From NCBI GenBank assembly GCA_965232515.1, contig CBDDPY010000002.1:1-64000 (forward strand): a DNA stretch of 64,000 nt, in the 5' to 3' direction. The DNA is from Alphaproteobacteria bacterium. Its GTDB lineage: Bacteria > Pseudomonadota > Alphaproteobacteria > GCA-2731375. The notes under the pieces are model-generated. The model had not been told where the DNA came from and made no database searches. It saw only the letters and a list, made by a program, of their open reading frames with translations. Each line of letters begins with the position of its first letter. The stretch's first letter is position 1. Positions 41,006 through 51,165 of the stretch are shown here, piece after piece. A program made the translations under genes and the position numbers.

Positions 41006-42172
41006 ATGGCCTACGATGTGATCGTTGTCGGCGGCGGCGTGATGGGCGCGGCGACCGCGTTCAATCTCGCCGACATGGGCGTGAAGAAGGTGCTGCTGCT
41101 CGAACGCGACCGCGTCTGCTCCGGCGACACGCTGAAATCTTGCGCCATCGTGCGCACGCACTATTCCAATCCGACGACCTGCCGCATGGCCTGCATCGGC
41201 CGCGAGATCCTGGCCGACTTCGACAACCGCGTCGGCGGCGCCTCCGGCTTCGTCAATTCCGGTTACGTCATCTTCGCCGGCGACGATCTGGCCGACGGGT
41301 TCGTCGACAATATCGCCCTGCAGCAGCAGGCCGGCAGCGGTGTGGAGCGGATCGACGTCGACCAGGCGCTCGAGCTGCATCCGAAGCTTGAGCGCGATCG
41401 CATCGCCGTCGCCGCCTACGAGCAGGCGTCCGGCTATGCCGATCCCGAGCAGACCGTGTTTTCCTATGTCCGCCGCGCCCGCGAGCTCGGCGTCGAGGTG
41501 CGCGAGGGCGTCGTCGTCGCGGGCCTGAGCGAGGCCGGCGACCGCGTCACTGGCGTCGTCACCGACCAGGGCGCCTTCGCGGCCGGCACGGTGGTGGTCG
41601 CCGCCGGCGTCTGGACCAACGGCATCACTGGGTCCGTCGGTGTCCGCTTCGACTACGACATCGTCAACCACAAGGTGGTGACGATGGGCTTCGACTACGA
41701 TTACACGGGCGACCGCTTTCCGGTCGTACGCGATATCTCCGGCTTCGCCTATTACCGGCCGAAGGGCCGCCACGCGCTGGTCGGCGACGCCGCCCGCGGC
41801 ACGGACCTGCCGCGCGCCGACTATACCGACGAGACCTTGGATGCGACCGAGGCGGCGTTTTTCCGCGACAAATTGGCGGCCTCGAACACGGACGCCGGAG
41901 CGGCGCATCTCGTGCATCACTGGGCCGGCCGCTACGACGTCTCGCCGGACTGGAACCCGATGATCGGCGGCCTGCCGGGCAAGGACGGGCTGGTGACGAT
42001 CTGCGGCTCGTCGGGCGGCGGCTTCAAGCTCGCCCCCTGCATCGGCCTGCTGATGGCCGAGCTGATCGTGCACGGCGAGGGCCGTACCCTGCCGGTCGAC
42101 GAATTCGCGCCGAACCGGTTCGCGACCGGCCAACGTTTCCGCAACGCTTATGGCGTCGGCGCGATCGCCTGA
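41006..42172 (+). CDS. FAD-dependent oxidoreductase (DAO/sarcosine oxidase beta-like)
   Basis: VVGGGVMG, AIVRTHYS, GYADP, AAGVW, AGRYDVSPDWNPMIG, GGGFKLAP. Confidence 0.9.
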   Translation: MAYDVIVVGGGVMGAATAFNLADMGVKKVLLLERDRVCSGDTLKSCAIVRTHYSNPTTCRMACIGREILADFDNRVGGASGFVNSGYVIFAGDDLADGFVDNIALQQQAGSGVERIDVDQALELHPKLERDRIAVAAYEQASGYADPEQTVFSYVRRARELGVEVREGVVVAGLSEAGDRVTGVVTDQGAFAAGTVVVAAGVWTNGITGSVGVRFDYDIVNHKVVTMGFDYDYTGDRFPVVRDISGFAYYRPKGRHALVGDAARGTDLPRADYTDETLDATEAAFFRDKLAASNTDAGAAHLVHHWAGRYDVSPDWNPMIGGLPGKDGLVTICGSSGGGFKLAPCIGLLMAELIVHGEGRTLPVDEFAPNRFATGQRFRNAYGVGAIA

Positions 42173-42265
42173 ATTCGACGTCGCGGTCGCATCTCGGGTT
42201 TTCTTCCGCGCCCGCCTGCGCTATCGATGAGCCATTCGGTTCTGCGGGAGGCGTCATGACGGTTA

Positions 42266-42530
42266 GCCCACATTTCTCATCGCCATCATGGTCTGCGCGG
42301 CGTCGTGCTGTCGACAGGGCAGGAGCGCTGCGCGGCGCGATGTGGGGCATCGGGCAAGCAGCGCGACGCCCCCTGTCGGCAGCACGGCGCCGCCCGAAGG
42401 GTCGCGCGCAGGCGCCCGCTCGCGGCGTCGCGGCCCTCAACCGTAGTCCCCGCTACGCTTTTCGACCCGCTCCTGGCGGATCGGGCGCCTGTGCGCGACG
42501 CAGACCGTGATGGGGGTGAGAAATGCGGGC
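42266..42530. mobile_element. 265-bp MITE copy 2 (inverted relative to copy 1), inserted in the first codons of a VOC gene
   Basis: Reverse complement of 27874..28138 with the same length; TA at 42264-65 and 42531-32. Confidence 0.9.
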
Positions 42531-43410
42531 TAGAGGCATCGATCACCTGGTTTTATGCGTGCACGACCTTGAAGAAGCACAGCAGGCCTATCGGTCCTTC
42601 GGCTTCACGACGACGCCGAAAGCCGTGCATCCCTTCGGCACTGCCAACTCGTTGATCCAGCTTCAGAACAACTTTCTGGAGCTGTTGATCGTCGACGATG
42701 CCGGCAAAGTCCCGCCGATGGCGCGGGGGAAATACAGCTTCGCGGCCGCCGCCCAGACGTATCTGACCGCGCGGCAGGGCATGTCGGCGTTGGTCTTCGA
42801 GAGCGGCGACGCCCGGGCCGACCATGACGAGTTCGTCGGCAAGGGACTGGAGACTTACGATCCGGTCGACTTCTCACGTTTGGCGACGCTGCCCAACGGC
42901 AGCGAGGTCGAGGTCTCGTTCTCGCTTGCCTTTCTGACCGAGCGGCAGATGCCGGGCACGACGTTCTTCGTCTGTCAGCAGCATGCGCCCGAGCACTTCT
43001 GGAAGCCGCAATACCAGCGCCACGACAACGGCGCCGTCGACGTGGTCGAGGTGGTGATGTTCGCGCCGAAACCGCATGCGCTCGCGGACTTCTTCGGAAA
43101 GCTGCATGGGACCGAAAACGTGGCCAAGGACGAGGGGCGTCTTACCGTCGATACCGGCCGCGGCGTCATCGCGGTGCTCGATCCGACTCTGTCGGCCGAA
43201 CGACTTGACGTGCCGGCCAGCTTCAACATCGTCGAGACGCCGCATTTCGCCGGCTACCGCATCGCCGTCGCCGATCTGGCCGCCGTCGAGGAGGGGCTGA
43301 CCAAGAACGGCGTGCCGTTCCGGCCGACCGGCGACATGCTGCAGATCGGTCCGGCCGACGCCCTCGGCGTGTTCATCGAGTTCACGCAAGCGGCGGCGCC
43401 GTCCGACTGA
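42523..43410 (+). CDS. VOC/glyoxalase-like family protein; current ATG lies inside the MITE end
   Basis: GIDHLVLCV.DL, HPFGTANSLIQL.NNFLEL; ancestral start at 42256 (GGAGG...ATG ACG GTT AG). Confidence 0.85.
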   Translation: MRARGIDHLVLCVHDLEEAQQAYRSFGFTTTPKAVHPFGTANSLIQLQNNFLELLIVDDAGKVPPMARGKYSFAAAAQTYLTARQGMSALVFESGDARADHDEFVGKGLETYDPVDFSRLATLPNGSEVEVSFSLAFLTERQMPGTTFFVCQQHAPEHFWKPQYQRHDNGAVDVVEVVMFAPKPHALADFFGKLHGTENVAKDEGRLTVDTGRGVIAVLDPTLSAERLDVPASFNIVETPHFAGYRIAVADLAAVEEGLTKNGVPFRPTGDMLQIGPADALGVFIEFTQAAAPSD

Positions 43411-43473
43411 CACGGCGGAAGGCGATTTCGGCTAAGCTCGGTAGATCCGATTGGAAACCGAGGAGGCTTGACG

Positions 43474-43911
43474 ATGGCCGAAGCGGCCGTGAAGGCGACA
43501 CATCATCCGATGCAGGTGGTGCATATCGACGAGCGCGAATGGGAAACCATTCGCTGGCCGGGACAGATGGGCAAGATGCTGTTCCATCCCCGTCCGGATC
43601 GCCCAACCGAGCCGAACGCGGGTCTGGTCCGTTTCGACCCCGGCTCGCATCATCCGCTGCACAAGCACGACTTCGCGCAGGTCTGGTACGTGCTGGAGGG
43701 CGAGTTCGAGATCGGCGGCCAGACCTACGGTCCGGGCAGCATGATGTTCCATGCCGACCCGCATTTCGAGGACGAGCTCCGTACCGAGACCGGCGGCAAG
43801 ATGGTGTTCGTGCAGTATCCCGGTCCGTCGACCGGCGGCCGGCCGATCTATGACGGCCGGTTCAACATGACCGAGCGCAAGGCGGTCGCGGACGAACGCA
43901 CCGATATCTAG
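43474..43911 (+). CDS. cupin domain protein
   Basis: HPLHKHDFAQVWYVLEGEF and later H..PH; AGGAGG RBS (alternative TTG start at 43468). Confidence 0.85.
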   Translation: MAEAAVKATHHPMQVVHIDEREWETIRWPGQMGKMLFHPRPDRPTEPNAGLVRFDPGSHHPLHKHDFAQVWYVLEGEFEIGGQTYGPGSMMFHADPHFEDELRTETGGKMVFVQYPGPSTGGRPIYDGRFNMTERKAVADERTDI

Positions 43912-43914
43912 GGG

Positions 43915-44835
43915 TTAGTCGTCGATCCGGAATTTGTGGGCGGACTCGACGAAGGCGCGGCTGTTCTGCATGAACCGGCCGTGCTTCGTCGCAGCGATCA
44001 TCCGGTCGACGAAGTCGTAAGAGTAGCTGGCGGCGTACAACATCAAGGCCAGCGTCTTGAAGCTGAAGGCCTGGCCGAGCAGGACCGGCGCCGCGACGTA
44101 GACGTCGACCAGCGCGGCCGCGAGAAACACGATCACCGCCAGGTGAAAGTTGACCAGAATGGTGCGCAGGATGCCGATGGCGCTGCCGTGCCGCTGGATC
44201 GACTCTCGTCGGCTCGCCGGCTGTTCCGGCGTCTGCGGCCGGCCCGCCGTCTCGTTGGCCGCCGACGGGTCCGGCGCGAGATCGCGCAGGATCACCTCGC
44301 GTTCGCGCGGGAAGCGCATCAGCACCTGTTGCGCGGTCAGGAAGATCGGCGCCAGATCGAGGAACTTCTTGAACAGCATGGCGAGCGCCGGGACCACGCC
44401 CAGCAGTACGGCCCAGTTCTGGCCGCTGTGGATCATGGCGTGCAGGCCCAGGCTGACGAAGAAGGCGCTCTTTATGCAGACGTCGCAGAAGAAGTCGTAG
44501 AAGGTCCAGATATAGCGCTCGACGCCGTGGTAGCGCGCGACCTCGCCGTCGACGCAGTCGAAGATGTAGAACGCCATCATCAGCAGACACCCGGCGACCG
44601 CCCAGCCGCCGTCGTAAGGCATCAGCGCGAAGCCCAGAACGCCGCAGGCGATCATGCTCAACGAGGCGGCCGTCGGCCCGATGCCGAGCTTCAGAAACAG
44701 CCATGTCACATAGGTCGACAGCCAGTCGCCATACAGCAGTCCGCCGATATCGTTGAACCGCCGATAGGGGCCCTGGGTCTTTTCCCGCAGTGTGGAAATT
44801 TGCTCGACTGCGCGCATGGCGTGTTTATCGGACAA
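43915..44835 (-). CDS. CDP-alcohol phosphatidyltransferase family protein
   Basis: DCVDGEVAR...DFFCD (DxxDGxxAR...DxxxD); multiple TMs; start uncertain. Confidence 0.82.
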   Translation of the reverse strand: MSDKHAMRAVEQISTLREKTQGPYRRFNDIGGLLYGDWLSTYVTWLFLKLGIGPTAASLSMIACGVLGFALMPYDGGWAVAGCLLMMAFYIFDCVDGEVARYHGVERYIWTFYDFFCDVCIKSAFFVSLGLHAMIHSGQNWAVLLGVVPALAMLFKKFLDLAPIFLTAQQVLMRFPREREVILRDLAPDPSAANETAGRPQTPEQPASRRESIQRHGSAIGILRTILVNFHLAVIVFLAAALVDVYVAAPVLLGQAFSFKTLALMLYAASYSYDFVDRMIAATKHGRFMQNSRAFVESAHKFRIDD

Positions 44836-45012
44836 GCGACATCAACCGTTTAGCTGGCTTGGATCTGCAATGGGGGCCCGTCGGCAGTTTTCGCAGGCAG
44901 ACCTGAATTGACAGTGACCCGGATCACGTCAACGCCACCAAAATATCATTTATGGCGATTCGGTGACAAGCGGTGGCCGCGCGGCGACACCGGTCGTGGC
45001 GCTGACGGCGGT

Positions 45013-46743
45013 CTAAAGCTTCAGGACGGTGCGCTTGCCGTCGATGAACTCCATCCGGTCGGAGAAGCTCAAGGTGTGACAGCCTTCGAGGCCCGGTCGC
45101 CAGCTCGGCTCCAGCCGCTCGACGATACGCTCGCGATAGTCGGTCTCGGACAGCACCTCGACCTCGCACAGATTGATGGCCGAGCCATAGCTGGTCGAGC
45201 AGTCCTGCGCCGGCCGGATCAGCTTGCCGTCGCGCCGGAACAGCCGGCCGGCGGGCCGGGCCGAGCGGACATCCGACTTGACCGGGTTCAGCGGATGCGG
45301 CTGCCAAGGCCCAAGCGGCGTCTCTGCGAAGAACAGGAACAGCTCGTCGTCCAGCGAGCCGCCGCGCTCGCTGACATTCACGAACATGTACCAGCGGCCG
45401 TCCTGTTCGTGCAGCGTCGCGTCGACCATGGGATAGCCGCGCATCGGTTCGCAGTGCAGCTCCCACTCGTAGGGGAAGCGGGTTGCCCGGAACAGTTGCA
45501 GCGACCGTGTGGCGGCCGTTTCGGGCAACATATAGACGTCGCCCTGCCATTCGAACAGGAACGGGTAGGACAGATGGTAGTCCCGTTCCAGCACGGTCTC
45601 GGGCGCGGTCGGCTTGCCGTCGTCGCCGATCGTCATCACGGCGATGCGGCCGCGGCCGGTGACCTCGTCCAGATCTTCGATGAAAACATAGTCGCGGCCG
45701 TCATGGCTGAAAACGAACGGATCGGCGAACGACCGCTTCTTCGGCGGAATGATCGGCGTAAAGCCGTTGAGGTCGGCCTTTGTGCTGTTGGCGAGGAACT
45801 TGGACCTTTCGGTCCGATAGCCGATAAGCCATTGATTGAAACCCGACAGGTTGCGCCACTTGCCGCGCAGCACGCGGCCGGCGGCGCGCACCAGAAAGGA
45901 CGACATCTCCCGGTTGATGGGTTGACGGTATATTTTGCCTGTGTAGTCCGGCGATTTGGGTTCGTAGGACAGCGCGTCGCCGTCGCGATGCAGGCGCCGC
46001 AGGCAGCGGATGACGAACGCCGTGGTTTTCCAGTAGGTCTCCTCGCGATTGTTGCTCAACCAGATGGAATCGATCGTGGCCGCGAAGGACCGGTAGATCA
46101 CCCTGCCGCCGTCCAGCTCATCGGTCAGAACCTGCAGAATGGTGCCGGACAGCGGGTTGCCTTCGTAGATCTCCCAGAACAGGGCCGGCCCGCCGCGGTA
46201 TTCGTTGTTGTCGCCGTGGTGGTAAGACCAGACGCCGTGCCGGGCGGTATCCAGGATATCGCCGCGGATAATGTTGAAGCCGAAGCGGATCATGACGTCG
46301 AGATCGTAGGACCGGATCCGAGCGATGTCGGCCTCGGTGAATCGGTGCACGAACTTACGGCTGATCGGCCGAACCGGCAGGATGTCGGCGTCGCCCAGCA
46401 CGGGGCGCAGGTCGACGACCCGAAAAGCGTCGTGCCGCTTGTTGTTCACCCGCGCGTCCAGCAGGCTGTAGCGCCAGTAGAGTTCCTTGCCCAGGTTCAT
46501 CTCGCCGCTCAGGAACCGCAAGAAACGGCTCTTCCTCGGCGGTTTGTCGGCATCGTTCACGATCGCCAGCACGACCGACGCAATCCCGGAATCTAGGATG
46601 TCGGTCAACACTCGCTGGATCCATGCGAAATCGTCCAGCTGGTTCAGCATCACGCCCACGCGCAATGGTCGTGTCTGGCCGGCGGGAACCGGGGCATAGA
46701 GCTGCAAAGCGCTGGCGCCGCAATTCATCGTGTTATCAGACAT
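45013..46743 (-). CDS. formyltransferase-like N-domain plus beta-propeller (GINT1 N-terminal-like) protein
   Basis: RFGFNII...GVWSYHHGD..EYRGGP...LDGG; ADPFVF, HLSYPFLF, YMLPE, VDATL, ARPAG blade repeats. Confidence 0.75.
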   Translation of the reverse strand: MSDNTMNCGASALQLYAPVPAGQTRPLRVGVMLNQLDDFAWIQRVLTDILDSGIASVVLAIVNDADKPPRKSRFLRFLSGEMNLGKELYWRYSLLDARVNNKRHDAFRVVDLRPVLGDADILPVRPISRKFVHRFTEADIARIRSYDLDVMIRFGFNIIRGDILDTARHGVWSYHHGDNNEYRGGPALFWEIYEGNPLSGTILQVLTDELDGGRVIYRSFAATIDSIWLSNNREETYWKTTAFVIRCLRRLHRDGDALSYEPKSPDYTGKIYRQPINREMSSFLVRAAGRVLRGKWRNLSGFNQWLIGYRTERSKFLANSTKADLNGFTPIIPPKKRSFADPFVFSHDGRDYVFIEDLDEVTGRGRIAVMTIGDDGKPTAPETVLERDYHLSYPFLFEWQGDVYMLPETAATRSLQLFRATRFPYEWELHCEPMRGYPMVDATLHEQDGRWYMFVNVSERGGSLDDELFLFFAETPLGPWQPHPLNPVKSDVRSARPAGRLFRRDGKLIRPAQDCSTSYGSAINLCEVEVLSETDYRERIVERLEPSWRPGLEGCHTLSFSDRMEFIDGKRTVLKL

Positions 46744-47032
46744 GGATCACAAGCGGGGTCGAGTCCTCATACTGTAACACTCAAGGACCGTCCAGGCGTC
46801 TATTGAACGTGCCTATACAGGCTGAAAATCGTAAACTCGCGCAATGGTTTATCCGGCCGTCTTCGTTATCTAGTTTCGTGCCGAGATGCAATTACTTCGT
46901 TTGAATTCTAAGGGATTATCGGCGGCGCAACCTGTGATCTAATTAACCTTCAGCCGTTGAGCCAAGCTTTCATCCGGGCCGGGAATCGGTCCGTCAACAT
47001 CTTATCATCGACGCCTATTGGGAGAGATCGTC

Positions 47033-48118
47033 TTGCAAATCGGAATTGTGCCGCTTCGCCGTCTCGTCTCGGCCATTTTTGCCGCCGCTGGCTGCGACGC
47101 GGCCGAGAGTGATCGGATCGCGCTTTATCTCAGCAATGCCAATCTGGCCGGTCATGACAGCCATGGCGTGATCCGGGTGCCGCGCTATGTCGAATATCTG
47201 CGCGCCGGTAAGGTTAAGGCCGGCCAGGAACTGACGGTCCTGACCGAGAACGATGTCCTGGCCGTGCTGGACGGCAATTTCGGATTCGGTCAGACCGTCG
47301 GGCCGCTGGCCGTGCGGCATGGGATCGACAAGGCGGCGACGAACGGCGTGGCGCTCATCGCGCTGCGCAATGCCGGCCATCTCGGCCGCATCGGCGAATG
47401 GGCGGAAATGGCCGTCGCCGAGGGCTTGGTGTCGGTGCATTTCGTCAACGTCGCGGGCAGTCTGCTGGTCGCGCCATTCGGCGGCGTCAGCCGCCGCATG
47501 TCGACGGCGCCGTTCGCCGCCGGCGTGCCGATCGCCGGCCGCCCGCCGATGATCCTCGACTTCGCCACCTCGGTCGTCGCCGAGGGCAAGGCGCTCGTCG
47601 CCATGAACGGCGGCAAGCCGCTGCCGGACGGCAGCCTGATCGGCGCCGACGGCAAACCGACGACCGATCCCGTGGCGCTCTACGGCGAGGTCGAGCCCGG
47701 TACCTCGCCGAACCCCCGCAACGGTCCCGGCGCGATCCGCGCCATGGGCGAGCACAAGGGCTCCGGCCTGGCGCTGCTGTGCGAGCTGCTAGCCGGCGCG
47801 CTGACGGGTTCGGGCTGCGCCGGGCCGGCCGAGCGGTCGGTCGCCAACGGCATGCTGTCGCTCTACATGTCGCCCGAGTTCTTCGCTTCGGGCAACGACT
47901 TCGCGGGCGAAGTCGCCACCTACATCGAGTTTTTCAAGAGCGCCCAGCCGGCCGATCCCGACGGCGAGGTGCTGATTCCCGGCGAACCCGAACGGCAGCG
48001 GCGCGAGGTGAGGGAGCGCGACGGCGTGCCGCTGACCGACGATGCCTGGCAGGCGATCCTCGGCGCCGCGCGCGGTGCCGGCCTTACCGAGGCTGATACG
48101 GACGCGCTTCTGGCCTGA
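47033..48118 (+). CDS. Ldh_2 family (malate/lactate/ureidoglycolate) dehydrogenase, YbiC-like
   Basis: NLAGHDSHG, GHLGRIG, ILDFATS..AEGK, GEHKGSGL, IPGEPE; TTG start at 47033 after GGAGAG (alternative 47018). Confidence 0.9.
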   Translation: MQIGIVPLRRLVSAIFAAAGCDAAESDRIALYLSNANLAGHDSHGVIRVPRYVEYLRAGKVKAGQELTVLTENDVLAVLDGNFGFGQTVGPLAVRHGIDKAATNGVALIALRNAGHLGRIGEWAEMAVAEGLVSVHFVNVAGSLLVAPFGGVSRRMSTAPFAAGVPIAGRPPMILDFATSVVAEGKALVAMNGGKPLPDGSLIGADGKPTTDPVALYGEVEPGTSPNPRNGPGAIRAMGEHKGSGLALLCELLAGALTGSGCAGPAERSVANGMLSLYMSPEFFASGNDFAGEVATYIEFFKSAQPADPDGEVLIPGEPERQRREVRERDGVPLTDDAWQAILGAARGAGLTEADTDALLA

Positions 48119-49016
48119 CGGTCGCCGCCCGGGCCCGTGCCTCGCGGCGGGCGATATAGGTTGCGCTGCCGACGATGACGGCGCCGCCGATCCAGACCCA
48201 GATGTCGGGCGTCTCGCCGAAGACGTAGAAGCCGAGCAGCGTCGCCCAGACCAGTTGTACGAACTCCACTGGCTGGGTCACGGTCAGGTCGGCCGCGCGG
48301 AACGCCTGCACCATGGCAAGATGCCCGAGCGTCGCCAGCACCGCGGTCAGCAGCAGCCAGCCGTATTCCGCCAAGGTCGGCGGCTGCCAGACGGCCATGG
48401 CCGGCGGCAGCAGCACGACGGTCACCACCACGGCCAGCGAAGCGACGATCGTCGGCGTCGTATCGCGCCGCGTCAGCACCTTGCCGATAACGCGCGAGAC
48501 GGCGAACAGCGGCGCCGCCACCAGCATGGCGATGGCGCCCACGTCGATCACTTCGAAGCCCGGCCGCAGGATGATCAGCGCGCCGGCAAAACCGAAGCAA
48601 ACCGCACCGATCCGGCGCAGACGAACCCGTTCGCCCAACAGCAAGACCGCGCCGACGGTCGCGAACACGGGCACGGTGAAGGCCAGCGCCGTGACCTCGG
48701 CGACCGGCAGCCGGCTCATGGCGATAAACCAGCACAATACGGCCAGGCCGTGCACCAGCCCGCGCAGGCCGTGCAGGGCCAGATGTCCCGGCGCGCGGCT
48801 ACCGAGGCGCATCCGCGTCAGAAATGGCGCGAAAAACACCAGGCCGAACAAATAGCGCAGAAAGGCCGCCTGCATGGGGTCCAGCCCGATGGAGACATGC
48901 CGGATGATGCCGGTAATCGCCACCACGCTCAGCCCGGCCAGCATCATCCACAGCATGCCACGCAGGCTTGCCGAAGCGCCGTTGGCCGCGACGCGCAGGA
49001 GGGTGACCGGAGACAT
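48084..49016 (-). CDS. DMT/EamA family transporter (copy 1)
   Basis: About 10 TMs, PVAEVTAL.F..P, LGERV, FGETPD. Confidence 0.9.
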   Translation of the reverse strand: MSPVTLLRVAANGASASLRGMLWMMLAGLSVVAITGIIRHVSIGLDPMQAAFLRYLFGLVFFAPFLTRMRLGSRAPGHLALHGLRGLVHGLAVLCWFIAMSRLPVAEVTALAFTVPVFATVGAVLLLGERVRLRRIGAVCFGFAGALIILRPGFEVIDVGAIAMLVAAPLFAVSRVIGKVLTRRDTTPTIVASLAVVVTVVLLPPAMAVWQPPTLAEYGWLLLTAVLATLGHLAMVQAFRAADLTVTQPVEFVQLVWATLLGFYVFGETPDIWVWIGGAVIVGSATYIARREARARAATVRPEARPYQPR

Positions 49017-49142
49017 GTTCGAGTCCGCGATACTGGGACCGCGCTGAGGCGCGGGCAAGTATGCCAACACTATAGCGCCGAGCCTTAACAATTTGGTTGT
49101 GCTGTTCGGCGGACGTTTCTCGCCGATCTACGTGTGCCTCGG

Positions 49143-50075
49143 CTAGTGCGGACCGGACGGCGGCTCCTCCGGCCCGACCGCGTTCCGGCGCGTCAGCGCT
49201 TCGCGGTGGGCGATATAGGTGGCGCTGCCGATGATCACGGCGCCGCCGATCCAGACCCAGATGTCGGGCGTCTCGCTGAAGGCGTAGAAACCCAGCAGCG
49301 TGGCCCAGACGAGTTGCAGGAACTCGACCGGCTGGGTCACCGTCAGGTCGGCCGAGCGGAATGCCTGGACCATGGCGAGGTGGCCGAGCGTCGCCAGCGC
49401 CGCCGTCAGCAGCATCCAGCCGTATTCCTCCCAGGTCGGCGGCCGCCAGACGGCGATGGCCGGCGGCAGCAGCACGATGGTCACGATCACGGACAGGGAG
49501 GCGACGATGGTCGGCGTCGATTCCCGGTGCGTCAGGACCTTGGCGACAATCTTCGATACCGCGAACAGGGGCGCGGCGATCAGCATGGCGATGGCGCCGA
49601 CATCGATCACCTCGAGGCCGGGTCGGAGGATGATCAAGGCGCCGGCAAAGCCCATGCAGACCGCGCCAATGCGGCGCAGCCGAACGCGCTCGCCCAGAAA
49701 CAGGACAGCGCCGACCGTGGCGAAAACCGGCGAGGTGAATCCCAACGCCGTGACCTCGGCCAGTGGAATACGGCTCATGGCGATGAACCAGAGCAGCACG
49801 CCGATGCCGTGCACCAGGCCGCGCAGGCCGTGCAGGGCCAGGTATCCGGGCCGCAGGCTGCCCAGGCGCATGCGCATGACGAACGGCGCGATGAAGATCA
49901 GGCCGAATGCGTAGCGCAGGAAGGCCGCCTGCATCGGGTCCATCTCGGTCGAGACGTGCCGGACGATGCCGGTGAACGAGGCAAAGATCAGCCCGGCCAG
50001 CACCATCCAGAGCATGCCCTGCAGGTTGGCGGAAGCGCCGTTGACGGCGGCGCGCAGGTAAGTGACGGGGGACAT
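49143..50075 (-). CDS. DMT/EamA family transporter (copy 2)
   Basis: Close paralog of 48084..49016, same 310-aa length. Confidence 0.9.
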   Translation of the reverse strand: MSPVTYLRAAVNGASANLQGMLWMVLAGLIFASFTGIVRHVSTEMDPMQAAFLRYAFGLIFIAPFVMRMRLGSLRPGYLALHGLRGLVHGIGVLLWFIAMSRIPLAEVTALGFTSPVFATVGAVLFLGERVRLRRIGAVCMGFAGALIILRPGLEVIDVGAIAMLIAAPLFAVSKIVAKVLTHRESTPTIVASLSVIVTIVLLPPAIAVWRPPTWEEYGWMLLTAALATLGHLAMVQAFRSADLTVTQPVEFLQLVWATLLGFYAFSETPDIWVWIGGAVIIGSATYIAHREALTRRNAVGPEEPPSGPH

Positions 50076-50277
50076 CGCCGTACTCGCGGGACTGGGAGCC
50101 AGGGACCGGTGCCGACAGCCGGCACAGAGCGCATTGTATCATGCCAGCCTGCCCTGCGGTTGCAGACCAGCCATGCAATTACCTATTGCGTAGGCGCGCC
50201 GAATGCAGGACAAACGTGGCAACGGCGCGATCACAAGCGCCGCGTTTTTTGCGACAGGGATGGAACGCGCCTGGGGT

Positions 50278-51159
50278 ATGGCGGACGGTTTTCAGGTCAT
50301 ACAGCTTCTGATTAATGGGGCGGCGCTCGGCTGCATCTACGGGCTGATCGCGCTCGGATTCGTCTTGATCTACAAGGCGACCGAGATGATCAATTTCGCG
50401 CAAGGCGACCTGCTGATGCTGGGCGCCTTCGTCGCCTTCACGCTTATTGCCGATTTCGGCCTGTCCTACTGGCTGGGTCTGCTGCTGGCGATTCTGGTCA
50501 TGGCCGTCTTTGGCTATATCCTGGATGCGTTGATCCTGCGGCCGATCATCGGTCAACCGGCCTTCGCCGTGGTCATGCTGACCATCGGTCTCGGTTTTAT
50601 CTTCCGGGCCGCGGCGGGCGTCATCTGGGGTCACGATCCGCAGTCCTTCGAGACGCCGTTCACCAACAAGGTGGCGACCTTCGGGCCGCTGATCATCGCC
50701 CAGCAGAATCTGGCGATCATCGTCGGCACGGTTTTGCTCTGCGGGCTGCTCTACCTGTTCTTCCGTTACACCCGGCTCGGCATCGCCATGCAGGCGGCCT
50801 CGCAGAACCAGCTCGCCGCCTACTACATGGGCATCCCGGTGCGCATGGTCTTCTCCATGGTCTGGGCCATCAGCGCCGGCGTCGCCGCTTTTGCCGGCGT
50901 GCTGCTGTCGCCGTTGACGCTGATCGATCCGAACATGGGCTTTATCGGCATCAAGGCGTTTGCCGCCGCCGTGCTCGGCGGTTTCGGCAGCATACCGGGC
51001 GCGCTGATCGGCGGCATCATTATCGGCCTCGTCGAGCAGATGGCCGGCCTCTGGCTGCCGGCCGGCTTCATGGATATCAGCGCCTATCTGGTCCTGCTGA
51101 TCGCGCTGGTGCTGCGGCCCGAGGGCATCTTCGCCCAGATGGCGCGCAAGAAGGTCTGA
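50278..51159 (+). CDS. Liv-type ABC permease (LivH-like)
   Basis: YGLIALGFVLIYKATEMINFAQG, GGFGSIPGA. Confidence 0.92.
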   Translation: MADGFQVIQLLINGAALGCIYGLIALGFVLIYKATEMINFAQGDLLMLGAFVAFTLIADFGLSYWLGLLLAILVMAVFGYILDALILRPIIGQPAFAVVMLTIGLGFIFRAAAGVIWGHDPQSFETPFTNKVATFGPLIIAQQNLAIIVGTVLLCGLLYLFFRYTRLGIAMQAASQNQLAAYYMGIPVRMVFSMVWAISAGVAAFAGVLLSPLTLIDPNMGFIGIKAFAAAVLGGFGSIPGALIGGIIIGLVEQMAGLWLPAGFMDISAYLVLLIALVLRPEGIFAQMARKKV

Positions 51160-51165
51160 GCGGCC

